Positions 1 to 8,815 of a stretch of 64,000 bases of DNA are shown piece by piece. The translations under genes and the position numbers were made by a program. Numbering within the stretch: the first letter of the stretch is position 1; each line of letters begins with the position of its first letter. Origin of the DNA: Candidatus Kerfeldbacteria bacterium (GTDB lineage: Bacteria; Patescibacteriota; Patescibacteriia; UBA9570); NCBI GenBank assembly GCA_016182495.1, contig JACPGK010000002.1, forward strand, positions 12,581 to 76,580. The letters run 5' to 3'. Under the pieces are notes generated by a model that saw nothing but the letters and a program-made list of their open reading frames with translations, was not told the origin of the DNA and did no database searches.

Positions 1-374
1 TTGGTAATACTTCCGAACAGTTGATGCAGTTTCTTGAAGGTCGACTGGATAACGTAGTCTATCGAGCTGGGTTAGCAGCTACTCGTCGACAAGCTCGTCA
101 ATTGGTGAGTCATGCTCATTTGTTAGTCAATGGCGTACGTTGCAATATACCATCACGTCAAATCAAAGTGGGCGATATAGTAACCATTCGTACGCAAAGT
201 AGCGCCAGTAAATATTTTACCGATCTGGCCAATACCATTAAAATGCACCAGGCCCCAGCTTGGTTGGAAGTTGATAAAACAAAATACAGCATCATTGTAC
301 AAAATTTGCCAACGGCCGCCGACGCCGAACAAAATATCGCCGTCAATTTGATCGTTGAGTATTATTCTCGATAA
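1..374 (+). CDS. rpsD: 30S ribosomal protein S4, C-terminal part (5' end lies outside the window)
   Basis: ORF 21..374 carries the S4 RNA-binding domain (LDNVVYRAGLAATRRQARQLVSHAHLLVNGVRCNIPSRQIKVGDIV); directly upstream of rpoA-rplQ as in the conserved alpha operon. Confidence 0.8.
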   Translation, partial: GNTSEQLMQFLEGRLDNVVYRAGLAATRRQARQLVSHAHLLVNGVRCNIPSRQIKVGDIVTIRTQSSASKYFTDLANTIKMHQAPAWLEVDKTKYSIIVQNLPTAADAEQNIAVNLIVEYYSR

Positions 375-392
375 GTAACTTTTTTTAATCGT

Positions 393-1094
393 ATGGAACT
401 GCAATTACCCAGTCAAATTTCAGCCGAAATGCTCGCTGACAATCGAGCATTGTTCAGCATCTCGCCGTGTTACCCGGGCTATGGCACCACCCTGGGCAAT
501 GCCTTACGCCGAGTATTGTTATCATCCTTACCGGGTGCAGCTATTACCGCTGTCAAAATTAAAGGGGCCGAACATGAATTTTCCACTATGGCTCATGTTA
601 AAGAAGACGTCGTTGATATTTTATTGAATTTAAAACAAGTCCGATTTAAAATTCATTCCGATGAAGCAGTGGAAGTGAAATTATTAGTCAATGGCAAGAA
701 AAAAATAACGGCTAAGGATTTTGAAAAAAATAATCTTGTTGAAATTGCCAATCCTGAACAGTTAATTGCTACCCTTACTAATGAAGCTGGTAAGTTTGAA
801 TTAACAACTATTGTACAAAAAGGTCGTGGTTATGTGCCAGTAGAAGCGCGTGAAAATGAAAAACTCGAAGTTGGTTATATGGCTCTGGACGCAGTGTATA
901 CTCCTATTCGAGTAGTTAATTTTAACACCGAGCATGTTCGGGTAGAGCAAATGACCAACTATGATAAATTGATGCTTGATATTACTACTGACGGCACAGT
1001 TACGCCGCAAGTGGCTTTTACTCAAGCTTGCCAAATTTTGGTCGATCACTTTAATTTACTTGGTAATGCCGTTTTGGCTGAAGCTGCTGTCTAA
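393..1094 (+). CDS. rpoA: DNA-directed RNA polymerase alpha subunit (N-terminal domain only, 233 aa)
   Basis: Alpha-NTD motifs (GYGTTLGNALRRVLLSSLPGAAITAVKIKG..EHEFST); S4-rpoA-L17 gene order; ORF ends where an alpha-CTD would normally start. Confidence 0.85.
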   Translation: MELQLPSQISAEMLADNRALFSISPCYPGYGTTLGNALRRVLLSSLPGAAITAVKIKGAEHEFSTMAHVKEDVVDILLNLKQVRFKIHSDEAVEVKLLVNGKKKITAKDFEKNNLVEIANPEQLIATLTNEAGKFELTTIVQKGRGYVPVEARENEKLEVGYMALDAVYTPIRVVNFNTEHVRVEQMTNYDKLMLDITTDGTVTPQVAFTQACQILVDHFNLLGNAVLAEAAV

Positions 1095-1111
1095 TTGGCA
1101 ACAGGGTTATT

Positions 1112-1471
1112 ATGCGTCACCGTCATTCTGTAAAATCGCTCAATCGTAACAAAGCTGGCCGCTTGGCGTTATCTCGTAGTCAGCTGATCAGTTTAATTAT
1201 GCATCAGTCAATTACGACCACTGTAACGAAAGCTAAAATTTTACGGAGTCAAATAGAGCGCTTGATCACTACAGCTAAACCGAATCGTTTAAGTGATCGT
1301 CGGCAATTATTACAGCGTTTAGGTGGTCATAGTAAAGCCACAATGGTGTTACTCACTGAACTTGGCCCTAAATATAGTAGCCGATCAGGTGGGTATACTC
1401 GGATAATCCGCTTACCAAAAAAACGAGCGGGTGATAATGCCACTATCGCTCGGTTGGAATTTATTGATTAA
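1112..1471 (+). CDS. rplQ: 50S ribosomal protein L17
   Basis: MRHRHSVKSLNRNKAGRLALSRSQLISL..TTTVTKAK is a typical L17 N-terminus; follows rpoA. Confidence 0.9.
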   Translation: MRHRHSVKSLNRNKAGRLALSRSQLISLIMHQSITTTVTKAKILRSQIERLITTAKPNRLSDRRQLLQRLGGHSKATMVLLTELGPKYSSRSGGYTRIIRLPKKRAGDNATIARLEFID

Positions 1472-1477
1472 ACTGCT

Positions 1478-1819
1478 ATGAAACGTTTAACTCATACTAT
1501 CGATGCCACTAACCAAGTTCCTGGTCGACTAGCCACCCGATTAGCCACTGTGCTGATGGGAAAGCATAAGGTTGATTATATGCCACAAGGTGATAACGGT
1601 GATTGCGTGGTAGTGGAACACGCTGCTTTAATGAAGTTTGATAAAAAGAAACTTGAACACAAGCTATATCGTTGGCATTCGGGGTACCCAGGTGGCTTAA
1701 AACAAGTCGCCCAGAAAATGGTATCACCACAAACGGTATTACGCCGAGCAGTGTTTAACATGTTGCCCAATAATCGGCTACGCGCTAAACGATTGAAACG
1801 GTTAACAATACACGCATGA
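1478..1819 (+). CDS. rplM: 50S ribosomal protein L13
   Basis: IDATNQVPGRLATRLATVLMGKHK.. L13 signature; rplM-rpsI pair with overlapping stop/start. Confidence 0.9.
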   Translation: MKRLTHTIDATNQVPGRLATRLATVLMGKHKVDYMPQGDNGDCVVVEHAALMKFDKKKLEHKLYRWHSGYPGGLKQVAQKMVSPQTVLRRAVFNMLPNNRLRAKRLKRLTIHA

Positions 1820-2211
1820 CTAATTTTATTTACACAGTCGGTCGTAGAAAAAATGCCGTAGCTAGAGTGCGGTATTACCACAAAGCTGATACGGTCGGCC
1901 TAACGGTTAATGGTCAACAACTCGATCAGTATTTTGATGTTCCTGGTCTACCAAAAATTGTCACAGCGCCGTTACAATTGATGAATGTATTGGAATCCGC
2001 CAGCATTACTTTAAAAGTGCAAGGGGGCGGTAAAATTGCTCAAGCGCAAGCGGCTCGTTTAGGAATTGCCCGAGCCTTAATGGAATTAAATCCAGAATCC
2101 CGTAGTGTCTTAAAACACGCTGGCTTTTTAAGTCGAGATCCACGGAAAAAGGAACGTAAGAAACCAGGTCTAAAACGAGCCCGTCGGGCACCACAGTGGT
2201 CTAAACGTTAG
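1816..2211 (+). CDS. rpsI: 30S ribosomal protein S9
   Basis: GRRKNAVARVRYY..GGGKIAQAQAARLGIARAL..RDPRKKERKKPGLKRARRAPQWSKR C-terminal tail typical of S9. Confidence 0.9.
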   Translation: MTNFIYTVGRRKNAVARVRYYHKADTVGLTVNGQQLDQYFDVPGLPKIVTAPLQLMNVLESASITLKVQGGGKIAQAQAARLGIARALMELNPESRSVLKHAGFLSRDPRKKERKKPGLKRARRAPQWSKR

Positions 2212-2224
2212 CTGTTCAGCTACG

Positions 2225-3679
2225 ATGGCGCTCACTCAAGCGATCGCCAAAAATACTACCTATTTATCGTTGTCATCGATTTTTCAAAAGCTCATTGCCT
2301 TTTGGTTTTTTACGCAATTGGCGCATCAGTTAGGTGATGATTTGGGGAAATATTCTTTCGCTCTAAGTTTTACGGGTATTTTTGTCATCTTGATGAATTT
2401 TGGATTAGTGCCCGTGCTCACGCGTCAAGGAGCCCGTACACCAGATAGTTTGCAACGCGATCTTAATTTTATGCTAGCTGTTAAAATCGTCTTAACAGCC
2501 ATCAGCCTTGGGTTGATGATTATAGTATTTAGTATCCTCAATTACTATAACCATCTGCCGGCCTATACAGTGTTATTAGTGTATGTAGCTGGTATTGTTA
2601 TTATTCTTGATACGTTCCGATCAATTTTTTTGGCAGTGTTACGAGCCCGACAACAAATGCAGTTTGAAGCCATTGGACAAATCATCTATCAATTAATTGT
2701 AGTGATTGGCGGCATGGCAATATTAAGTGTTGGCCATAAAGCTCTTGGCATGATTATCGTGATCATTGGCGCCAGCTTGTTTTATTTAATCTATAGCATC
2801 GTTGTAGTGATTAAAAAATTACAGTATTGGCCAAAATTTGATTGGCAAGCAGGCACTGTTAAACAGTTGCTGTTAGTGGCAGCACCGTTTGTCTTAGCGG
2901 ATGTGTTTTTTAAATTAAATGGTTCAATTGATACCGTGATGCTAGAGTATTTAGCGGGGGATCGATCAGTAGCCTGGTATTCGATAGCACTAAAATTGAC
3001 GGTGACGTTAACGGTTATTCCTGGAGCTTTTGCCACAGCTTTTTTTCCAGCCATGAGCCGGGCTTTTCAAGAATCGCTCGATACACTGCGTGATATTTTT
3101 GAGCGAGCCACCGCTTATTTACTCATTTTAAGCGTACCCATTACGGTTGGCGCTATTGCGTTAGCTGATCAAATTATTGCGTTAGCTTTTCCGAAATTTC
3201 CAGCCACTGTGCCGGCGTTACAAATTTTTATGGGCAGCGTGGTATTTTTGTTCGCCAACTACCCGGTCGGTAATTTATTAAATGCAGCTAATCGACAAGG
3301 GATTAATACCTTGAATATGGGCCTAGCATTGGCTGTGAATATTATTTTAAATATCATTTTAATTCCTCGGCATACCTACATTGGAGCAGCTATAGCAGGG
3401 GTGGTTAGCGCTGTTGTATTAGTAGCTCTAGGATTGCCTCACGTGTATCGATTAATACACTTTAATGTGATCGATTTACTAAAACGCTTTGGTCAAATTG
3501 TTTTAGCGACTAGCGTAATGACTGGTTGGATTCTAGTAACAGAATTTTGGCGCTGGCCATTTTTTATAATTTTATTAAGTGCCATGCTGCTGTATTTTGT
3601 AGCATTGTATAGTGTACGGGGTATATCTAAAAGCGAGTTACAACAATTGTATCAAGCGTTGTTGCGTCGACGGTTATGA
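2225..3679 (+). CDS. Polysaccharide biosynthesis protein, Wzx-like (MOP superfamily) flippase
   Basis: 484-aa polytopic membrane protein, about 12-14 predicted hydrophobic helices, heads a glycosyltransferase cluster; family assignment by architecture and context only. Confidence 0.55.
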   Translation: MALTQAIAKNTTYLSLSSIFQKLIAFWFFTQLAHQLGDDLGKYSFALSFTGIFVILMNFGLVPVLTRQGARTPDSLQRDLNFMLAVKIVLTAISLGLMIIVFSILNYYNHLPAYTVLLVYVAGIVIILDTFRSIFLAVLRARQQMQFEAIGQIIYQLIVVIGGMAILSVGHKALGMIIVIIGASLFYLIYSIVVVIKKLQYWPKFDWQAGTVKQLLLVAAPFVLADVFFKLNGSIDTVMLEYLAGDRSVAWYSIALKLTVTLTVIPGAFATAFFPAMSRAFQESLDTLRDIFERATAYLLILSVPITVGAIALADQIIALAFPKFPATVPALQIFMGSVVFLFANYPVGNLLNAANRQGINTLNMGLALAVNIILNIILIPRHTYIGAAIAGVVSAVVLVALGLPHVYRLIHFNVIDLLKRFGQIVLATSVMTGWILVTEFWRWPFFIILLSAMLLYFVALYSVRGISKSELQQLYQALLRRRL

Positions 3680-4740
3680 AAGGTATTGTATTGGTTACAC
3701 TAGAATATCCTCCCCAGATTGGTGGCGTCGGCCGATTTTATCATCGTCTTGTTCAACTAGCAACACCAGTACAATCTATCGACGTGCTTGATAATAACCA
3801 TGGTCAATTGCTTCATCCCTGGATAAAGGCCGGTTTGGTTCTATGGCGTACATTACGCTCGAATGATTATACTGCTTTGATTATTGGTCAAATTTTACCG
3901 CTCGGTACAGTAGCAGCTTTGCTATCGTATATTTGGCCAGGTCGTTTGATTATTTTTACTCACGGTATGGATGTGTTGGTGCCACAGCGGTATTGGCGTA
4001 AACGTTTGTTGATGCGTTGGATTGTTCAGCGAGCTGATCATATTATTGCTATTTCTCATTTTACGGCTCAAGCCATTCAACAATTAGTTCCGTCACTACC
4101 GCCCACGAAAATTTCACTACTACCCCCAGGGCCATATATTACCCCGGAAATTATAACAACTCAATTAATAGTCGATCTACCCGATCAATTTATGTTATCA
4201 GTTGGTAGATTAGTTGAACGTAAAGGATTTGATCGAGCTATTGCTGCTATGGCTAGTTTATCATCCAAACATAACTCGGTGCACTATGTTATCGCCGGTA
4301 GTGGGGTTGATCAAGCGCGCTTGGCCAGTTTAGCCAATACACTTGGAGTATCACAGCGCGTGCATATTTTGACTGAATTAACCGATCAATACATTGCCCA
4401 ACTGTATAGCCGTTGTTTATTTTTAGTCCAGCCATCACGCGCCTTGGCTAACGGTGATGTGGAAGGTTTTGGCATGGTGGTGTTGGAAGCCAACACTTTT
4501 AGCAAACCAGCTATTGTAGGCAATAGTGGCGGCATGCCTGATACGGTAGTGGCTAATCATACTGGCATTATCGTTGATGCTACGGCTGTATCAGCCATCA
4601 GCGCAGCTATGGAACAACTTCTTAACCAACCAGCCTACTGCCAACACCTAGGGCAAATGGCAGCTCGTTGGGTACAACAACAGCATGATTGGTCGGCTAA
4701 AGTTGCGACCCTACTAAAAGTGTGTCATGATAGCGACTAA
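3676..4740 (+). CDS. Glycosyltransferase family 4 (GT-B, retaining)
   Basis: C-terminal EGFGMVVLEA..KPAIVGNSGGMPD motif typical of GT1/GT4 enzymes. Confidence 0.75.
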   Translation: MKGIVLVTLEYPPQIGGVGRFYHRLVQLATPVQSIDVLDNNHGQLLHPWIKAGLVLWRTLRSNDYTALIIGQILPLGTVAALLSYIWPGRLIIFTHGMDVLVPQRYWRKRLLMRWIVQRADHIIAISHFTAQAIQQLVPSLPPTKISLLPPGPYITPEIITTQLIVDLPDQFMLSVGRLVERKGFDRAIAAMASLSSKHNSVHYVIAGSGVDQARLASLANTLGVSQRVHILTELTDQYIAQLYSRCLFLVQPSRALANGDVEGFGMVVLEANTFSKPAIVGNSGGMPDTVVANHTGIIVDATAVSAISAAMEQLLNQPAYCQHLGQMAARWVQQQHDWSAKVATLLKVCHDSD

Positions 4741-4743
4741 TCT

Positions 4744-5589
4744 ATGGATTTATCCATAATTATTGCTTCATGGAATGTTAAACAGCATTTATACGATTGT
4801 TTACAATCAATTTATCATTATACCGCCGGCATACAGTTTGAAGTAATCGTAGTTGATAACGCTTCTAGTGACGGTTCGGCTACCATGGTGGCAGAGCAAT
4901 TTCCCCAAGTACGATTAGTATGTAATGCTGTCAATCGTGGCTTTGGAGCGGCTAATAATCAAGGCATCGCCATAGCGACTGGCCAGCACATTCTTTTTTT
5001 GAATGACGATACTGCTATTACCGATAATATTTTTCCCACAGTAATGGCTCGTTTTAAAAACATCGCTGACCAATCCATTGGTTTGATTGGTTGTAGTTTA
5101 CGTAACCCAGATGGTACCATTCAAGCATCAGTGCGGCGTTTTCCCACAGTGTGGGATCAGTCAATTATTTTATTAAAATTACATCATTTTGTACCAGCGT
5201 TACTCAATCGCTATATCATGACTACGTTTAACTATCAATCTGAACAAACGGTTGATCAAGTGATGGGAGCTTTTATGTTAGTGCCAAAACTAGTGCTCGA
5301 GCGCGTTGGAATATTTGATGAACATTTTTTTAATTGGTTTGAAGAAGTAGATTTGCAACGGCGTATTCAACAGGCCGGTTGGCAGGTGCTCTATACCCCA
5401 GTAGCGCATTGTATTCATGTTCGAGGAGCTAGCTTTAAGCAGTGGCGACGACCACAGGCGCAAACAGTATTCAATCAATCAATGCGGTATTATTTTGGTA
5501 AACATCACAGCAAGTTGGCGCAGTATTATCTTACCAGCCTACAGCCTATTAGTATGTTGTTATCCTATGTCGCGCAAACTTTTTCTTAG
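4744..5589 (+). CDS. Glycosyltransferase family 2
   Basis: LSIIIASWNVKQ..EVIVVDNASSDGS N-terminal GT-A signature. Confidence 0.8.
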   Translation: MDLSIIIASWNVKQHLYDCLQSIYHYTAGIQFEVIVVDNASSDGSATMVAEQFPQVRLVCNAVNRGFGAANNQGIAIATGQHILFLNDDTAITDNIFPTVMARFKNIADQSIGLIGCSLRNPDGTIQASVRRFPTVWDQSIILLKLHHFVPALLNRYIMTTFNYQSEQTVDQVMGAFMLVPKLVLERVGIFDEHFFNWFEEVDLQRRIQQAGWQVLYTPVAHCIHVRGASFKQWRRPQAQTVFNQSMRYYFGKHHSKLAQYYLTSLQPISMLLSYVAQTFS

Positions 5590-7051
5590 TACCATTGCTG
5601 CCTTAACTACTGTTGAATTGGTATCATGGTTATCATTTGGTAATGGATTTTTGCAGCGAGCTAGTTTTGCAGTAGTGATAGTAGTTATTTTTATAGCCAG
5701 TTGTTATCGCTTGGAGTATGGCATATACGCTATTGTGGCTGAATTAGTAGTAGGATCATTTGGGTACATTCTTAGTTTTCCTATATATTCCTTCAACGTG
5801 TCGTTGCGATTAGGGTTATTTTTAGTTGTACTGGTAGCTTGGTTGATAACAGCCTGGCGCACACACCACTGGGCTTATCGTACACTGACGCTGTGGCCAT
5901 GGTATGTGGGGATATTTACTTTTTTAATTATTGGGGTAGGGCTAGGGTGGCTGAATCAGCATAATCTGAAAGACATCTTTTTTGATTGGAACGGGTACAT
6001 TTTTTTTGGAATGATTTTTCCGTTTAGCCATGTACTCAAAAGTCGTGTTACGATTGAACGATTATGTACCGTGCTGGTGGCTGGGGTAACAGTATTAGGC
6101 GTACAATCAGTTTTAGTATTATTTTTATTCTCACACCAAACTACCTTTGGGTATTATTTGCCAACCATCTATCAGTGGATTCGAGATTATCGCATTGGTG
6201 AAATTACCTTGCAAGCTCATAATTTTTACCGGGTATTTTTTCAAAGCCATCTCTATGTTATCTTTGCCTTAGTACTTAGTTTGACGCGTTTTTTTAGCAA
6301 GCCAAGCTGGTGGTGGTGGCTGGTAATGGCTGTAACGACAAACTTACTGGTGTTGAGTTATTCTCGAACGTTTTGGCTGGTTACTGTTGTAACACTGACA
6401 ATGTGGCTAGTAGCTTTATGGTACTATCGTTTAGTGACAGTGCGCCAATTGCCGGGGCGTTTGGCTTTAACCGTACTAGCCATGGGAGTTGGTTACATGG
6501 TATTGTATGGCATCGTCGTTGTACCATTGGCTGGCGATCGAGGCAGCGATATTTCAGCCACTGAATTATTAACCGATCGGGCAGATAATCCCGTTACCGA
6601 GGCAGCTGGTAGTTCGCGCTTAGCCTTACTTGGCCCACTTTGGCATAAAGTGATTGAACACCCCTTCATTGGATCCGGCTTTGGTGCAACCGTAACCTAT
6701 ACCAGTAAGGATCCTCGAGTATTAGCAACACACCCAGATGGCCGATATACTACCTACGCATTTGAATGGGGGTATTTAGATATCTGGCTGAAATTAGGAG
6801 TACCAGGGATAGTGTTATTTTTTGGTTTACTGTATAGCCTAATCCGACAAGCTCATCAAGTACTGCGTTCAACTGTCCATCAATTAGCCAATAATGATCG
6901 CACTACTATTATTACCGTCGCTCTAGGTACACTTGCGTTAGGCGGCATTCATCTGTTAACGCCCTATCTTAATCATCCGCTCGGTATTGGCTGGCTCATT
7001 ATAGCTAGTTGTGTCATGCAGTTCTATGTCAACCAAGCTGCCCAAAATTAG
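5567..7051 (+). CDS. Polytopic membrane protein, Wzy/O-antigen-ligase-like (start placed at internal ATG 5567 to avoid overlap with upstream GT2)
   Basis: About 10-12 hydrophobic segments with a large hydrophilic loop (residues about 380-440 of the ORF), embedded among GT genes; assignment by context and architecture, no motif verified. Confidence 0.45.
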   Translation: MSRKLFLSTIAALTTVELVSWLSFGNGFLQRASFAVVIVVIFIASCYRLEYGIYAIVAELVVGSFGYILSFPIYSFNVSLRLGLFLVVLVAWLITAWRTHHWAYRTLTLWPWYVGIFTFLIIGVGLGWLNQHNLKDIFFDWNGYIFFGMIFPFSHVLKSRVTIERLCTVLVAGVTVLGVQSVLVLFLFSHQTTFGYYLPTIYQWIRDYRIGEITLQAHNFYRVFFQSHLYVIFALVLSLTRFFSKPSWWWWLVMAVTTNLLVLSYSRTFWLVTVVTLTMWLVALWYYRLVTVRQLPGRLALTVLAMGVGYMVLYGIVVVPLAGDRGSDISATELLTDRADNPVTEAAGSSRLALLGPLWHKVIEHPFIGSGFGATVTYTSKDPRVLATHPDGRYTTYAFEWGYLDIWLKLGVPGIVLFFGLLYSLIRQAHQVLRSTVHQLANNDRTTIITVALGTLALGGIHLLTPYLNHPLGIGWLIIASCVMQFYVNQAAQN

Positions 7052-7997
7052 CCTGATTACTTTAAGTTACAACAGTCGAGAAAAACTGCCGCTACTTTTG
7101 GCATCATTGCGTCAACAAACGTTTCAAGATTTTGAGCTGGTGGTAGTTGATAATGCTTCAGTGGATGATAGTGTGACGTGGATACGGCAACAGCAGATTT
7201 TTCCGGTGACAACAGTACTAGAAAATCAAACAAACTTGTGGTATGCCAAAGGCAATAATCAAGCCTGGCTGCATTGTCGAGGTGAATTCATTATATTTTG
7301 TAATGATGATGTCAGGTTGAGCCCAAACTGTTTGGCTGAATTAGTACACGGCATTGAACAGGATGATCGTATCGCGATTGTTGGTGGTAAATTACTCCGA
7401 CCAGTAGTGGCTGGCGCCCAACCGATTATTGATAGTGCTGGATTAACCATTCGGCGTAATCGTCAAGTGACTAATCGGGGAGAAAATCAAATTGATACCG
7501 GACAATATAATACCGCTGGCGATGTGTTTGGAATTTCAGGCGCTTTGTTATGTGCTCGACGCAGCGCTCTTGAAGATACTCAACAATCTGGTGCAGTGTT
7601 TGATGTAGATTTTGTCGCTTATAAGGAAGACGTTGATTTAAGTTGGCGGATACATCGGGCTGGCTGGCGGGTATGTTATCTACCTAAAGCAGTGGCCTAC
7701 CACGGTAGAACTATTCAAGCCAGTCAATTACGCAACAGAAAAAATAAAAGCAAATTAATTCGCGCCATGTCGTATCGTAACCATTGGTGGACCGTTATTA
7801 AAAATGATGATCAGGTCAGTTTTTGGCGCGATGCTATCTGGATTATTCCTTATGAATGTGCTAAATTGTTATACCTGTGCTTGGCAGAATGGTCAACTTT
7901 GGCAGTGATTCCAGAATTGATTCGAGGTATTCCAGTGATGAGACGTCGACGGATACCAGGTAGGGGAGACCCCATACATCTATGGATCAAAACATAA
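7026..7997 (+). CDS. Glycosyltransferase family 2
   Basis: ISLITLSYNSREKLP..FELVVVDNASVDDS GT-A N-terminus; start ambiguous (7011 or 7026). Confidence 0.75.
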   Translation: MSTKLPKISLITLSYNSREKLPLLLASLRQQTFQDFELVVVDNASVDDSVTWIRQQQIFPVTTVLENQTNLWYAKGNNQAWLHCRGEFIIFCNDDVRLSPNCLAELVHGIEQDDRIAIVGGKLLRPVVAGAQPIIDSAGLTIRRNRQVTNRGENQIDTGQYNTAGDVFGISGALLCARRSALEDTQQSGAVFDVDFVAYKEDVDLSWRIHRAGWRVCYLPKAVAYHGRTIQASQLRNRKNKSKLIRAMSYRNHWWTVIKNDDQVSFWRDAIWIIPYECAKLLYLCLAEWSTLAVIPELIRGIPVMRRRRIPGRGDPIHLWIKT

Positions 7998-8815
7998 AAT
8001 TATCAATTGTTATTCTCAATTACAAAACTAAACACTTGTTGCGTTTGGCATTAAAAAATTTGTATGCCTTACAGATTCCATTTCCATTTGAAATTATTGT
8101 GGTGGATAACGCCTCGGGCGATGGCAGTGTTGCTATGGTCACAAAACTTTTTCCACAAACTCGATTGATTATCAACAATCATAATACCGGGCATGCCCAT
8201 GGTAATAATGTCGGTATCCGAGCAGCTACTGGGCAGTATGTTTTAATCATGAATACCGATATTATTTTTTTAAATACCGCGGATATTACTGCTATGCTTG
8301 ATTATTTCGATCAGCATCCCGAAGTTGGTTTAATTGGCCCCCGATTGTGTAATGGTGATGGTACAATCCAATATTCATGTTTTCGTCCATACAGCACCAT
8401 GACGCCAATTTATCGACGCACCCCGTTAGGTCAACTAGCCCAGGGACGGCGTGATTTAGATCGTCATCTGATGATGGATTTTGACCATAATCAGTTACGG
8501 GAAGTTGATTGGATTTTGGGAGCATGCATTATTTTACCACGAGCAGTCTTAAACCACGTCGGCTTATTTAATGAACAGTTTTTTTTATATTTCGCAGATT
8601 TTGAACTATGTGATCGTTTGCGTTACCATGGCTACAAAGTGGTATACTATCCTGATGTTACTATTGTGCACTATCATCGACGTGAATCGGCCCAAGGGTC
8701 AGTGTGGGGCGGACTTGGCAGTTTACTGAATTATGTTACTCGAGTACACTTAAAAGATTGGACTACGTATAAAAAAATTATTCAGCAAGGTTATGACACT
8801 CGTTCCAACAGTTAA
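7982..8815 (+). CDS. Glycosyltransferase family 2
   Basis: LSIVILNYKTKHLL..EIIVVDNASGDGS plus DxD-like NTDIIF. Confidence 0.8.
   Translation: MDQNIKLSIVILNYKTKHLLRLALKNLYALQIPFPFEIIVVDNASGDGSVAMVTKLFPQTRLIINNHNTGHAHGNNVGIRAATGQYVLIMNTDIIFLNTADITAMLDYFDQHPEVGLIGPRLCNGDGTIQYSCFRPYSTMTPIYRRTPLGQLAQGRRDLDRHLMMDFDHNQLREVDWILGACIILPRAVLNHVGLFNEQFFLYFADFELCDRLRYHGYKVVYYPDVTIVHYHRRESAQGSVWGGLGSLLNYVTRVHLKDWTTYKKIIQQGYDTRSNS

Noticed and set aside
153-404. Numerous short antisense or alternative-frame ORFs nested inside confident genes, such as 153..404-, 801..1049-, 1509..1881-, 6310..6564+, 10964..11254-, 13929..14195+, 18183..19058-, 24140..24409-, 51076..51420-, 55882..56237
   Set aside because: They are fully contained within longer ORFs that have clear homology-type motifs, and they lack independent start signals. 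They are typical spurious ORFs.
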